From NCBI GenBank assembly GCA_036172245.1, contig JAYWIR010000012.1, positions 2,480,001-2,544,000 on the forward strand: a stretch of 64,000 nucleotides of DNA. The letters run 5' to 3'. This DNA is from Raillietiella orientalis (taxonomy: Eukaryota). Position numbers and translations under genes: made by a program. Positions 48,340 through 62,101 of this stretch are shown in pieces. The notes under the pieces are model-generated. The model saw only the letters and a list, made by a program, of their open reading frames with translations, had not been told where the DNA came from and ran no database searches. The stretch's first letter is position 1, and every line of letters begins with the position of its first letter.

Positions 48340-49660
48340 TCGTTTGTGCCGCCCATTCGAGGGAAAAGAGGTCCTGAAGCATCCCTCCCTTTCGTCCTTC
48401 CTGATTCTTCCCACTGGCTCCCATACTAAACGTCCGGGATCGCCTGGATCGCAGCTTCTTGCCCGAAATAAGCTGCCACTGCCGTCGGATCGGCTGGTCC
48501 TAGAAGGGAATGTCCCAACTGAATGTGCCTGTGCCTGACGCTTGGGAGAGTTCCTGCTTTTCTCGAAGGCGGTGCAGCCCCAAAAAGCGGGGAGACTTCG
48601 ATGCGCGCGCACCGTGTATCGCGATTGGTCCTTTTCCCCTCCCCAGATGCAAGCCGGTGGCTTCCTGCGCACCATCGCAGATCCACGGTCCAGCTGCTGC
48701 GACCGCGAGCATAAAGAGCGTCTTCTGGAAACAGATCCTCTTCCGCTCTCGCATCCTGGTTGCAAACGATGATGCCCCCGGTCCTCCCACGACCCCCTGG
48801 TGGCTTCAAGGAGGGCGCATCGGCAGGCGAGCTCCTCACGCCTTCCTCGTCCCTGGGTCGCTTCCAAGGCCTCACGCGTAGCGTCCGGGGCGCTCCCTGC
48901 CTGCCGGAATTCGGACACACCACGCCCTTTGGTCCTCTCAAACCGCAGCGTGACCCAGATGACCCTCTTCCGTCTGGACAGGATCCAGAGCAGCGTCAAT
49001 CCTTCTCGGCCGCTTGGCGATGCGGGCGAGAGCGCCAGTGCCCCTTCCCTCGCCTTGGCGCGTCACGAGAGCGCCCAAGGTGCCCGAAGCTGCCCACCAC
49101 ACGGCGGGCATCTGGATCGAGAAGTCACTCCCAAAGGCCCAAAGGCCCGCAACAGAGGATGGAGTTTCTCAAAATGCTCTTAGGAAACTTGGAGATCCTG
49201 GACTTCCCGATCGCTTCCTCCGCCCTTTTTCACCGCCGTCTTGCTGGTCGCGCGGAAGAAGCGATATCAGCAAGACGGGAGACCACGTTGTCCTTCCTGG
49301 AGATAAGGGACGGGCCCTTAAGCCTCGGAGGGGGGGAATGCCCACGAGTGACATCCGTCTCCACGGAGAGACGGAGAAAACCTGTCCCCGCGTTCTTTGA
49401 TAATGCCCCAGGCTGCGTCGAGCGCGAGCTGGCACCCTTTCATCTCCAGGCGCTGTTTTCTGGGATCTTCCCGAAGGAAGGTGCTCCTTAGGCTACCAGC
49501 TGCCTCCTCCACTGACGATCTCCTTTAATCTTGCGAGGGCCGATGACCCCCAGGACGAACGGAGGGTGTGACCGCGACCCAAGAGAGTCTTCCGCCGCCC
49601 CGATAAGGCGCTTGACCAAAATACCCTAAGCGAGGGTGAAGTGACCAAGGATGCTCGGGA
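48340..49660 (+). mobile_element. Decayed RTE-like LINE RT region
   Basis: PFEGKEVL, KRPGSPG, VLEGNVPTEC (~ILxEGxVPxEW), KSVFWKQILFR, LPRPPGGFKEGASAGELL (~QxGFRxGxSTxDQL), LEILDF, LSLGGGECPRV, RRLTKIP in order. Confidence 0.55.
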
Positions 49661-51899
49661 GGACAGTGATCGCGGTGCCCCCAAACCAGAGATAGCTCTC
49701 CATCCCTCTTCCACCTCCCGTCCCTGCCACTGTACGACCTAGCCATGGCGCCGGTCCATCCCGTTCCTCCTGCCCCCTCCCGGTGCTGTCCCCGGTGGAG
49801 TTCAGGCCCTTTCGCTAAGGTCTGGCACGCATCGGTCCCTTCCTTGTTGCGCATGTTTTGTACATTTATTTTACAGGCGTGGACCTGCAATCCGGGGTCA
49901 CAACGCCCCCCACTCTAGGCGCTGCTCACTTTGAGAGGGAGCTGTCGGTGTCCCATACGGACGAGGCAGGAACGCAGTGGCACTCCTAGGAATGGCGACA
50001 TGCCCTCCGTACAGAGCGGTGCTGGAGATGCCGGGAAAGGCAAAAGAGGGAGCAAGACGTTCCACGATCCCTCCCAGCGCCGCGGCGGCGAAGGCCAAAA
50101 CGGGAATTCTCGGCGCAGCGTATCCCGAGCACCCTTCCTCGTCGCTCCCACCTTCAAATTTGCTGCAGGGCGTCCCGGCTCCCTCGAGAAGAAGGAAGTT
50201 GGCTTCCCGTTCTTCCCCCGGACGGCGAAGTGGACGGAAGGATCCGCGGGACGTGACTCCTTTCCCCATCCGCCGCTCCCTTTTCCTTGCTTCCTTTTTT
50301 GCTCCAGGATCCGCTCTGATAGAGGAAGAGATCTGCAGCTCTTCCCTTTTTCCCCCCACCCCCCACCCCGTTGTTCGAGCTTCGCTGACATCAGTGGATG
50401 CTGCCTCTAAACCGAGATGCTCGGCGATGCTGGGGCGGTCCTGTCCATCTATGCGTGGTGACGTTCGCAAACAGAAGCTCCTTCGGCCCTGCAGAGCGGG
50501 CTTTCCTTCCGCAACGAGGAATCCGGGAGCGAGAGGGGAAGCGGAGAGGGAGTTAATGGAAGAATCATAACGGGAGAGGGGGGAAAAGAGGTCCATCCGG
50601 CTAATCCTGCTAAATTAAAAAGAGGATCGACTCCTTCGAAGCCGGGGAACGACTCTCCGACGCGGAAACGGTAGGAGCAGACGGCGGACGGGGCTCCTAG
50701 CCCGGACCCTTGATGGAGTAAGGGCGGTGGCGAGTCGCAATGGGCTGCCCCGAAGCTGAGCGGCGCTTCCCGCCGCCCGGTCCAGCCGGAACTCAGCCTC
50801 CGGTTTTCCGAGTCAGGCCAGAGGGTCAGAGGGAAGGACTCTCAAGCGTAGTAGCGAAACGCCACTAACGGGTGTACTGTGGGGACTAGGGAGGAGAGGT
50901 GGGGAAGACGGAAGCGAACCGTAGAGGAACTCTACCTCCTTTTCCTTCCTTCCTCCTTTCCTTCCTCTTTCTCCTCCCACCCTTCCTCCTCTTCCTCCTG
51001 CAGGTTTCGCTCCATCGTTCCCTTCCCACTCCTTTTCTTCTTCTTCTTCTTCTTCTACTCTCACCCCTTCCTTCTTTCCTTGAAGCTTCCGAGGGCATCC
51101 CAGAGTCAGTGACCTTCTTCCGGGAGCGTCTGCGGGGAACCAGAAGGCCGTTAGGCTTTTGGGGACGCCTCCCTCGCCGCCAGATTCCCGTCTTCGACCC
51201 GCAAGCAGCGGACGGTGCTCGTCCGCTGCCTTGCAGCCACTCGGCGGCGGTATCGACTCCCGCGGCGCCCAATAGAATGTGGGTCCGCAAGGGAGACGGT
51301 ACATCTTGCTCCCGGGAAGAACCAAGGGAAAATCCTGGCAGACGCGCGGATCTCCATGGGACGTACAGCGCACGCGGGAGCGGCGGTTCGCTTTCCCACA
51401 GCTCCTCTTCCCCCTGCGGATGGAGGCCAGGGAAGGCGAAACGCCGAGCGTCCCTCATAGGCGGGAGAGCGCGAGGGCTGCACGTCTCAGGGTTGAGCAC
51501 CCCTCACCCTTTCTCTTCCCGCCAAAAAGCGCGCCGCCGCCTCCACCAAGGGAGAATGACGCAGGCATTTCCTTCCCACACCGCTTAGGTGGGAGAGTCC
51601 CCAGGCAGCAATTCTGGAAGAACCCCTCCTCCCCTCACTCCGGAGGGGCCATCCAGCCGGCGGCATCATCTTGGAGCTTCGGGAAGAGGGGGTTTGTAGC
51701 TGGAGTCTCTTAGCAACTGGACCCAGGGAGTTCGCATCGGGGAAAAGCGTGACAAGCCAGAGAGGAAGGACGCACCGGGGTGTGTGTGTGTCGAGGTGGT
51801 GGAAGGAAGGAAGAAGTCGACCTGAAACTATCTCGCGAGGGAAGGTGAGAGACCCTTCTTCGCCTGACCTACACCATCCCGACCTCTGGGACGCTCAAG

Positions 51900-52400
51900 A
51901 GACGGTCGGTTCCCTTCCCTGTAGCGGGACGTGGTGCCTCTCGGCCCTGCCGAAAGGACGCCGGGATTCCGGAAGGAAGCAGTAATCTCGGTTTGCCCTT
52001 TTGGACAACTCTCCCTCCCCACAAGCTCTTCCTACTCCTCGTATTCCCCCAAATCGTGCCCCGGGGGGAAAACGAGGAGGAGAGGGACGCGGGCCGGCTG
52101 GAACATCACCTGCATTTCCCATCGCTGACCACATGGGACGAACGCGCGCGCCCTGTCATGGACCAATGAGGGGTTCCACGGCACAGCAAAACGGAACGCA
52201 GAGGAATGCGTGCGTGGGCGAGCGAGTCCACGGCTTCGAAGCTCCCCCGGATGCTGTTGGGCAGACGAGCAGCGCTGGCTTCCTGGCGATCGCCCGCGGG
52301 CGCGAGGCGGAATCTTTCGCTTCCAGCATCCAAAGATGATCCACGTCGGTTTCGGGAATCCGTAAAGGGAGGTTGCGAACATCCCACAGGAAAATCGCCT
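51900..52400 (+). mobile_element. Possible RTE LINE C-terminal fragment
   Basis: KEAVISVCPFG (~KAVVISxLLYG), SKLPRMLLG...RSPAG...RRFRESVK (~RLPKxLLxG..RxxG..RxKDxLK). Confidence 0.4.
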
Positions 52401-55400
52401 CTCATTCCTCCCCACCCTTCCGTGTGGCTCTCTCCCTCCCGCTCGGACTCGAGCTCGACGGTGGGTGATGGGAGGGGATGCAACGCCTTTGCCGAACCGA
52501 GTCCCAAGGCCGGCATGGACTGGGGGATAGCTCGACTGGCCTCGAGGCGGGAGGAGGCCACCCATCACGATCCCAGCCTTACGCTGCTGCTCCTTTCTTC
52601 TCCCGCCGAAGCCTCCCGCGTCCTCGCTCCGTCTCTGCCATCCCAGCCCGCGACGAACCCTTCTGTCCTACCAGCCCAGCCGACCAAGAACCTGCCCCGA
52701 TCAGCGGAGGAGGAGGACGCGGGGAAAGAGGCTGGCGGTCCAGAATGCTGCCGCTTTCACCCGGTCACCATGGAGGGACCGCTTCCGGAGCGGTTGTCCC
52801 GGAGACCGGGAAGCGTCCGCGCTAGGATCCAGAGGGACAGAAAGAAGCCAAAAAAGAAAAAAAAAACACGCAAAAAAAGAGAGTGCAAGAAAAGGAAGGA
52901 AAAGGGGGGCGCCCCGGGTATGCTGAGCCCATCTCCACCACCTCGCGATACCCCCGGCCGCTCCAGGTCCCAAGATGGATGTTCCGCGACGGAGCGTGAC
53001 GCGCGGAATTACACAGAGTGTTTTACGAGCAGCAAGAACTGACAAAAGATTTACACGTTAATCACGTGAAGCTCCCTTTAAGACGGCTAGCGCTCCGTCC
53101 AGGCCCACGCCCGTTAATCTTGGCGGGAGCGTCGCCTGCTCCTCGTCGGATGAACCTGTCTTCCAGGCCGTTCCGGCTCGCTGTTGAAACCCAACCTGGA
53201 TTTACTGCCATCACGGCATGAATCGGGTACGCGCGCTTTCGGCTCTAATGGCGGCATTAAGCAGCGGGGAATCGGGGGGCCCAGCGCGGCTCGGATAGGG
53301 CGAGCCCCACTGGGGCACGGTCCCGGCGTGCCCCCGCTGCGCCGAGTCAGGCGCGGGAGTCTCCGCGCGCGCGCGCGCGCTCGCTCACTTGCCACCGCCG
53401 GCGATTCCGAAACCCGGAAAGGAAGGGCCCGGAGCGAAGGAAGGAAAGCAGGGAGAAGGGGGAGGGGGAGGGAAGGTAAAGGTGCAGGGTAAACAACGGG
53501 GGCGAAAGCCGGCGTCTCGCGAGACCCCCTGCGAAGTCTGTCCGGAAAAACCTTCGGGTTTTGCATGCGTGCCCCCGGGGCTAGAAGACAAAAAAGGGAG
53601 AGAGAGATCGCCTGACACGAGTTTCAACGAATTCCCAGCTAATAACTTAAATGTCTCAATAAGGTCGGGTCGTCGCGGGTGCCTAACTGCTGCGTCACGA
53701 GCTCCCTCCCCCTCCCCCTTTTCTCCTCGGGCTGTGCCGCCGCTTTTCACGCTGGCTGCAGCGCCGCTCTCTCTCGCCGGCAATAACACAGCGGATTTGG
53801 ACACGTCAAAAGGAAAGGGAAGGGAGCGAGGGAGAGCGGGGAACCTCCCCTGCCTCTCTCCAGGGAGGATGGAGGGAGGGAGGGGGGGGGGGGAACGTAT
53901 TCATGCGCTTGGCTGGACTGCGGGGGCCGGTGACACGTGATACCTAAATGTACACATCATCCATCACGGGAGGTACACACGCGCAAGCGAGCGAGCGAGC
54001 GAGCGCCCGCGCACCTCCCTCCCCACCGGCTTGTCCGGTCAGACTCCCGCGACGCGCGGGAGTCCTGCGTCCGGGATTTGGCGCTCTCCTCCGCCGCGAA
54101 CCGATCCGCGGATGGATGGGATGCGCTCCCCTCCAACCCAGAGGAGAGCATGGGAAAGGGAGGAGCGAAAGTGCCTGACCGCGAGGGAGGGAGCAGGACG
54201 GGGAAAGTCCGTCCGGCGAGCTCTCCCGGGCGACCTGGGCAGATGCGCAGTCTGGAGGACGCAAGGGGAGGAAGGGGAGGGGAAGGGGGTCGGGTCGCTC
54301 GCCGGTGCCATGCGGGGAACGGAAGGACCAGCGTCCTGCTGCCCGCACCCGAGACCGGGATCGCGCGCTGGGAAGAGTCGGGCGTCGGTCGGCGTTTTTA
54401 TTAATAGACCCCGCGCGTGTCTCCCTTAGGCGGGAAGCTGCGCTCCCCGAGCTACAGGAGCCAACTTTTCCCTGCGCCCGGCATTCCCGGTCGAGAAGGA
54501 CCTCGAAGAAGAAGGTGAAAGTTCGCGTCTCCCGGCGAGAGACGACGGTGTGGCGGCGGCGACCAAGCGAAGGGGATCCGCGCAGGGCGAATTCGCCCAT
54601 CGAAGGAGGGTGGGGGGAGGAGGAACAGGGAAGCGCGGGTTCCGAAAGCCCGAGTCGATCCGCGCGATCCGCAGTCGGACGTCGGCCCCGTTTCGGGAAG
54701 GTGGATGCAGTCCGCGGCGGCGCTGCTCCCGGAGGCGATGGCGCGGCCGCTGCGGGTGTCGTCGCCCTCAGACGACGGGCCACGCCGTCAGCTCGACCCC
54801 CCCCCCCTCTCCCCCCCTCCCTTCCTCTTCTCCCGGTCCTCTCTCGGGTCCCTGGGTGGAAGAGCGGTTTCCCCCCCCCCGTCCTCCTGCGCGCGCAGCT
54901 CCCACTTTTCTCCCCGGGATGGGCAGCCAGCCGCGTTCCTCGCTCCCAGCTGTCAGAGGAAACGGATGAGCGTCGTTTGCGGAATCAGGGATGTACATTC
55001 TTGCAGGGAATCCATCTCGCTCCTTTCCGAATTTGTCTTCCGCTCGCCGCGCGCAGTCAGCAGCCGGGAAAAGTGGAAGGTCGTTATGGAGACGGGTTCC
55101 CAGGAAAACAGAAACTCTGTTATCTTTTCTGATTTATGGCGCCTCCGGTTCCCTGTAAAAGCCGCCATGTCGAACAACAGCTCCGTGTATTTGTTCTCCT
55201 CTTTATCTGTGCAATTAAACATCCTGATAAATAAACAGCACAAGGAAGATGCGCACGCTGTTAGCGAGAGAGAGAGGGAGAGGGAGAGGCGCATGAAAGG
55301 CAGGAGAGAGACGGGGGGGGGGAAAGGGAGAAGCAGTGAGATTTTCCTTTCCACCCTCCCCCTTCCATCTTCTCTCCTTCTCTCCTCCCTCTCCCTCCCC

Positions 55401-58400
55401 CTCCAGAGGAGCACGCGCGCGCGATCCTCGGGCGCCGTCAGCAGCTCCCTGCCTGACCGTCGCCAAGGTAGGAGGAGGAAGGAATCCAGTTATCTCGAAG
55501 GAGGGGGAGGGGAAGAAAGTTCGGCCGTTTCCCGCTATTAAATAAATTGAAGGTCGCAGGTTGTTTCTGGAGATTGGGAGCGCATTTGCTGGTTCCGGTT
55601 TCGCCTCTCCGCTGCTACCTTTAAGCCACTTAGAGCTGATCGAGATAAATTTCCTCCTCCTCCGCCGCCGCCCGCCGAAGAGCGCGCGGCCCGGCGGGCT
55701 CGCCGATGCTTTTCCCCGCAGCGCGCAAAAGTTGAAGGACGAGGAACCATGTTAAAGTGGTTACTGGACCCGCGATGGAATCCACGATAACGGAGATACC
55801 CATCGAACGGCTCGGAAGATCACATGGGATCGGCGACGCCGTGTCCTCCGGTGTTTATTTTGGCCGCTGGAAAAGCGAAAGCCCCGGGAGGCGGGCGCTG
55901 GAGTTCGCTGCCGCGCGCCCGAGAGCGCGGGAAGCTCTTGGAAAAGCGCGCGAAGCGCCGGCTGCCGGGATCAGCCGGCAGCCTCCGTCTCCGAGAGGTG
56001 TCGCGACCGTCGGCGCTCGAGAACTCTCTCGCTCCTTCCCTCTCTGCTCTAGGAAGCTCGCGCCCGTGTCCCGTCTTTTCCCGTTTCTCACCCCGCCCCC
56101 ACCCTCCTTCCTCCCTTCCTTTGCGCTCCCGGTGCCTCCGGAAGAAGAGGACCCACCCGACTTTCTCTCGCACCTTCTTGGATGTTGTGACGTCACGCCT
56201 GGGAGTCCGGAGAGTAAATCATGCCATTGCATCCGCGCCTTTATTGCTCTCTCGCGGGGTCCAGGAGAACTGGCCCTCTCCCTGGGAGTTATCCATCTTC
56301 ACGAGCAGGGTACACGAAGAAACCACGAGGATCCAGATTAAAGATTTGCGCATTCATTGGTCCCCGGAGCTCCAGCCATAAATAAAGCGAGATTTATGCA
56401 GCGCGCTGCGAGGGATGACTCGAGCGACTCGCGCACGCGCACTCGGCTCCTCGCCCAAAGGGTCGTCGCTGCAAGAGCGACAGGAAACGGCCGCCGCGGA
56501 AATGCGCGCGCGCGCGCGAGCGAGAGGGCGCACGCGGAGACGAGAGAGTGGCGCCTCCCGCGGGTGGGGAAGCGGCTCCAACGGTCGCCACCCTCGCACG
56601 TGCTTCTTTGCCTCCCCCTCCCTCCACGCAGCAGCGCATATCCCTCAACTCCGTCCCTCTTCCGGGTTTTCTCCTTCCCTGGCAATCCAACCTGAAACCG
56701 CCACCCGAACGGGGACGTCGCACGTGCCTTCCCTCGAGAAGGCAGCAGCAGAACGCCTCCATCCTTAACTCATCCAGGAGGAGGAGGAGGAAGCGGAGCT
56801 AGGATCAGAGGGGTGCCCTTGTTCCCCCCCCCCATCCTTCGCCTCCTCGACAGCCACTTTGACGGGGGTCCTCTTTGTTAGTGAAACTCCTCCTCTCGGG
56901 GGTGCAGGTGCGACGGCCGTTCGAGCGCTCCCAGTCTCCCTGCAGAGACACCTTTCCCCTTCCTCCGGTCCACAGAGGATTGGGAGAGAAGGGCAAAACG
57001 TTGGCGCCCTTCCCGCCTGGTCTTGAAGCCCCCACCTAAGCAGCAGGAGGAGCTGGAGACAACCCCCAAACCCAGCCCTACACGCATGCATGCAAGCGAA
57101 GGGTCCCCTCCACCGCCCAGCCCGACCCATGGCTCTTTCCCCTGCACCCAGCGCCAGTCGTGATCCTCTTCTACTGGTCCGATCCCGGGTGTCACACGCG
57201 GTCAGTCAGTCGCGGAGAGAGTTCCCTCCTTCGCATCTCCGACGACGCCAGCGGATCATCCGCTAGGGATTCTCTTCTCCCCTGAAGTGCCAACGTCCCC
57301 GGGGAGGACGAACGCTGAGGAGGTGAGTGAATGACAGACGAAGAGGGGAGGAGGCGGTTGTCAAGCGCCATCCCGGCAAGCATGCACCGGAGCGCATTCC
57401 TCCTCGGTCCCTTTCCGGACTTCCCGGCATTCCGCTTGCCAGTAGGCGCGCGTTTGCAGAGCGCATGCGCCCTGGGATGTCCTTCCGTGTCTTTTCCTTT
57501 GAGCCGCTATTGCTTCTTCCTCCTCTTCTTCTGCCTTCTCTTTTTCAACCTCTCCTTTCAGCTCTTCTGCTTCCCCTTCTACTTCTTCCTCTTCGAGGGA
57601 GAGAGAGAATCCGTCGCGTTCCGAAAACGGGGAGGTTTTTGCAGGCGCTGCCACCACCCGCGCACCTTTTCGCCCTACGCAAGGGAACGACTCCATCCGC
57701 CCCCTGGCCGCCTTCCTGCTTTCCCTCGGAGACGGCTCCCGGAAGACCTCGCCGACAGGGGGAGAAGAGGATGAGACGGGATCTCTTTTCCCTGTGCGAT
57801 GGTGCTGGGACCTCAACAACCCCCTCCTCCAGGTCCGTCGGAGCCGGGGCAGTGCGGTGGCGGCCGGCGGGAGAAGCGGAATTGGGCGAGAAACTGGAGG
57901 AGGGGGGTGTCCTCCGCCCCCCGCACCACGTAGGAGTGGCTCCCCCTCTTTTTCTTGCACTGTCCCGCTTTCCTCCTCCCACTCGAGGAGGTCCCCCAAA
58001 CACGACGTAGGCGGGGCCGCGTGTTCCCTTGGAGGCCTCGGGGAGCAGCCACGCACGCAGCAGCTTCCTTCCGATGTTCCCGGAGCCGGGCGGAACAATC
58101 GTCAGTCCGTGTCGCTGTCCCCTCCCTCCCCTCCCCAACGCTACACAGCACGTCCCCGAGACCACTTAAACGCACAGAAACATCCGCCCTTTACAAAGGG
58201 GGTCGGGGGGAAAGCGCGACCGTCGTCGTCGACACGTCCGGGTCGGACACGAGGGGGGGGCCATAACTCACCCGGCGAGACCGATCCGCGGGCACTCCCA
58301 TTGTCACCGGCTAAATCCGTGTGATCATCTATAAAACCTGGACACCCGCAACAATGGGGGAGGTACTCCAGGAACCTGCCGGGCGCGCGATCCCGGGCGT

Positions 58401-61400
58401 TCCGCGATAACCGGAATCCGGTCGCGTTCCCGTGTAAACAAGGATTAGCTTATTTATTGCTCGAAACGCTTCCTGCCGTCCTTACCCTCCCCCTCTCCCT
58501 CCTTCCACGACCCTCTCTTTCTCTCCCTCCTTCGCCCTCCTCTGACGTCCGGCTTCCACGACGGGCTAACGCGCGCGCGCGCGCGCGCGCTCCTCGGCCT
58601 CGATTGGGTCGGACCGCCGGATCTTCCGATTCTCCTCCTCCCGCGCGTGTGGGCTGTGTGGTCCGCGACAGCTTCCTCGCAGGACGGTTATTTATTGGGC
58701 ACCTCGGCTTGCGAAAACACGCCTGAGGGAGATGAATTTGTTTTCCTCGTGCCTGCTGCTGATCACGGGAAGAATGCCATCCCGCGTTTATTGTGCTCCC
58801 AGCGTCGGTGGCGCGGGAGATGAAGTTCCCTCTCTCCGTTCCGCCGGTCGAGAGCATGAGCGCCGCGACGGTGGGAAAAGGGGGGGGGGGGGAGGGATGG
58901 CTACGCGGACGAAGGAAGGAGGAGGGAGAGGAGGAAAGGAAAGGAAAGGGAAGAGCGGGAGGAAGGAAAAGAAGAGGAGGGGGAAGAAAGGAGAAGAAGG
59001 GTAAAAGCAGGAGAAAGGAAAGAGAAGGAGGAAGGAGGAAAGGCCAGACCTCCCTGCAGCAGCAACAGCATTCTTTCCATTTTCATCTTTTTTCGTTCCT
59101 CCTCTCCCTTCCCATGGTTCTGCCCTCTGACGGCAGCCGGAGAGGCGTGAAGAATCGGACCCCACCACTGCTTCATCCGCGCCGGACAGTGCGACCTCGG
59201 GAGCTCCGTTCACCCGTTAGCGTGCACCTCGCAGTGGAACCACCGTCTCTTCGCCCCCGACGGCAGTGGGGCAGCCCGTGCGCCCTTCATCCAGGAAGTC
59301 GGTGGATTCCGCACGGCCCGGATATGGAAGCCACGCGAAAGCTACGCCATCACTCGGCAATCCCTGTCGTCCGTACGGAGGAGGTCTTTTCCTTCATTGT
59401 GGGTCGCCCAAGCGGGCGTGGGACGCCGCTGCTCACCCTCGGATGCGCGGAATCGCGGGGGGGGGGGGGGGGGGAGGGAGGCCGCAGGAGGGCAGGGAGG
59501 GAGGGGGAACGAGGCGTCTCCTTCCTTGGTTTGTCTTCCTCGTCCTCTTCTTCCCTGCCTGCTGGCGCTCCCGTGAGCGCGGCTTTGGGGAGGGGGAAGG
59601 TCCTTCCCTGCCAACCTTCCTCCTCCTGGCCGGTCGGCTCCTGGAGGGCTCCGCGTGCGCGAAGACGCTGCGTCGGAGCGGTCACGAACTGTGAAATGGA
59701 CGGAGGGAGGGAGGGAAGGGGGAGGGGGAGGAGGGGATGCAGCTACATATTTACACGCGGAGGGCGCTGCGAATGCCCACGATGAAAAGGGAGTGCCCGT
59801 TTTCCTGAATACGTAATCTCATTATGTGCGCCACCACCTGAACGGGGAGAGCACCTGGGGCCCCATTGTCCGGGGGGGACACATTGTGAAGAGCTGCGAA
59901 ATGTCAAAAAGGTACACAGCGCCATCTGAATCACTTGGCAAATAGGGCGACCCGCCTCACTTCCGAAATCGACTGGGTGTCCCTTTATCTGCCCGCTTTG
60001 TCACCGGACCCTCCCTTCCCCTCTCGCCAAACGAATGCAGCGGGAGCGGAAAGGAAGGGAAGAAAGGAAGGGGAGGGGGAGGAAGAAAAAATGCGTCCCT
60101 CCGATAAAGTGACTCTTCCGCACCCTTCATCCCCCCCCCCTTCCCCTCCCCTTCTTCTTCTTCTTCTGCTGCTGCTTCTTCTTGTCGCGCTGCCCTCCAG
60201 ACAGGAAAGTCAGGCAAATTTCTTACGTTTTAATTTTGGGGACTAGGGGACGACGACGCGCGCCCCAGTCGTTTCGCAGTCAGTCTTCTTTTCCCCTCCC
60301 TCTTCCTCCTCTTCTTGCCACGTTCCCCGCCTTTTCCGGAAGGTTTCCTGTCGACCGGAAGCGATCGACCCCCTCGCGACGCATCATCGGAGCAGGCGAT
60401 GTGGGACTGCGCGACGCCTCCCGAAAAATCCATCCGTTTTTTCTCTTTTTTCCGCTCCCTCCTCGGGTGAGGCGGGGAGGAATCGGCGACGGGGAGAAAA
60501 GGGAGGGGGGGAGGGGAGAACCCAATTTCACACTCCGGGCTGCTTCCCTCGGAGATGGCGCAACCGAGCGTGATTTCCCTGGAGTTTCGGACGGCGGTGT
60601 TCCGAAAGCGTGCGCCAGCGCGCAGCCTTCTCCCCGCGGCTCGTCTCGGGCAGCCGGCGAGAAGGGGGCGAAACCCCAGGGAGCCGAAAGGAAGCAGAGA
60701 CGGGAAGTGCTGGGGAGAAGCGCGCGCAGTAACGGGACGCCTCCTCCCCCGCGCTGGTCCGGAGGAAGGCGCCCCTCCTCTTCCTATTTTTCCTCCGAAG
60801 GAACCTCCTCCGCGGGGTCCCGGAAAGTAGGTCCGCTGCGGCTCGCCCCTTCCCCTCTTATCCCCTCCTATCCTTCCTTCACGGGAGGAGAGAGAGTACT
60901 TCTCCGACGTGGCTGCCGCCGCCTCGTCCCGGGGACGGACGCGCGTCGCGCCTCTCTCCGGACCGCCGCCCGCCACGGGAGAGAAGCTGCGACGAAGCTC
61001 TGGGAGCGGAAGATTACCCGGAAGTATCATCCCTCCCTGTTTGAAGAAGGGATCGACCGGAGGGGGAGGGGAGAGGCCCGGCAGGCGAGATCTCATATCC
61101 GCACGTCGCGCCGGGCAGCGGCGGCGGCGGGAACAGCAGCCATTACAACGCGTCCAAGAGCTGTGCAAACATCCAGGAGACGCGATCTCTCCCGGGATAT
61201 TGTCTTCCCGCTCCTCGGTCCGGAGGCGGGGGATGCCCTAACGAAGCGGCAGGGAAAGAGGAAAAAAAAGAAGCAGGGATTTTTTTCTCCTTCCTTTCTT
61301 CCTGCGCTTCCTTTCCTTCCTTTTTTTCGGGAGAGGCAATATCATCATCCTTCTCGTTCCTGATCAAAGGAGGAGGGAATAAAAAGCGGAGGAGGAGAGG

Positions 61401-62044
61401 TGGAGGAGGAAGGAAGGAATTGCTGGGACCGCGCGCGAGAGAGAGGGAGGAAGAGGGGACGCATCCTTTAGCACACCACTGAGTCTTCCCGGAAGCCACC
61501 GCCGACGTCACCTCCACGGCGCGCATGTAGGGAGATCCATCTCCCCTCTCCCACTCGGCCTCCCTCCCTCTTCCTCCCGCACGTCTGCTCCCTTTGGTCG
61601 TTCCCTGAGCGCGCTCGTGCCGCGTGCATCGTCCTTCCCGACCTCTCACGCTCTCCCTTTCCCGCGGTGGAGGATTGAACCCCCCTTTCTCCCATCCACC
61701 CACCCCCGGGGAGGGGGGGGGAAGATGGAGTGGAAGGTGGCCTCCCTCCTTCCGCTGCGCCGATGCGTTCTCCCAGCGGACATCCGCCGCCAACGCGGAG
61801 CCACCATCCGCCTGCCCGGCGGGCGTCTTCTGCCACAGGGAAGACGCCCTCCGCCACTTCCATCTCCGGTGGGCGAGGGAAAAGGGGTGAGACGGAAGGA
61901 CGGGAAGGAACTCGTCAAGAGTCTTCCGATGGTCACCGCTCACCCCCTTCCCGAACCGTCCCCGCTCTTCCTCCTCGGATGCTCGCAAAGCGTCTCCTCG
62001 CGGAGTCGACGTTCCGGGGAGTTGCACGCACACAGCTGCCCCGG

Positions 62045-62097
<53 letters not shown>

Positions 62098-62101
62098 GCA
62101 G
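62045..62101 (+). repeat. Compound microsatellite (CAT)10(CAG)9
   Basis: Direct count. Confidence 0.95.
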
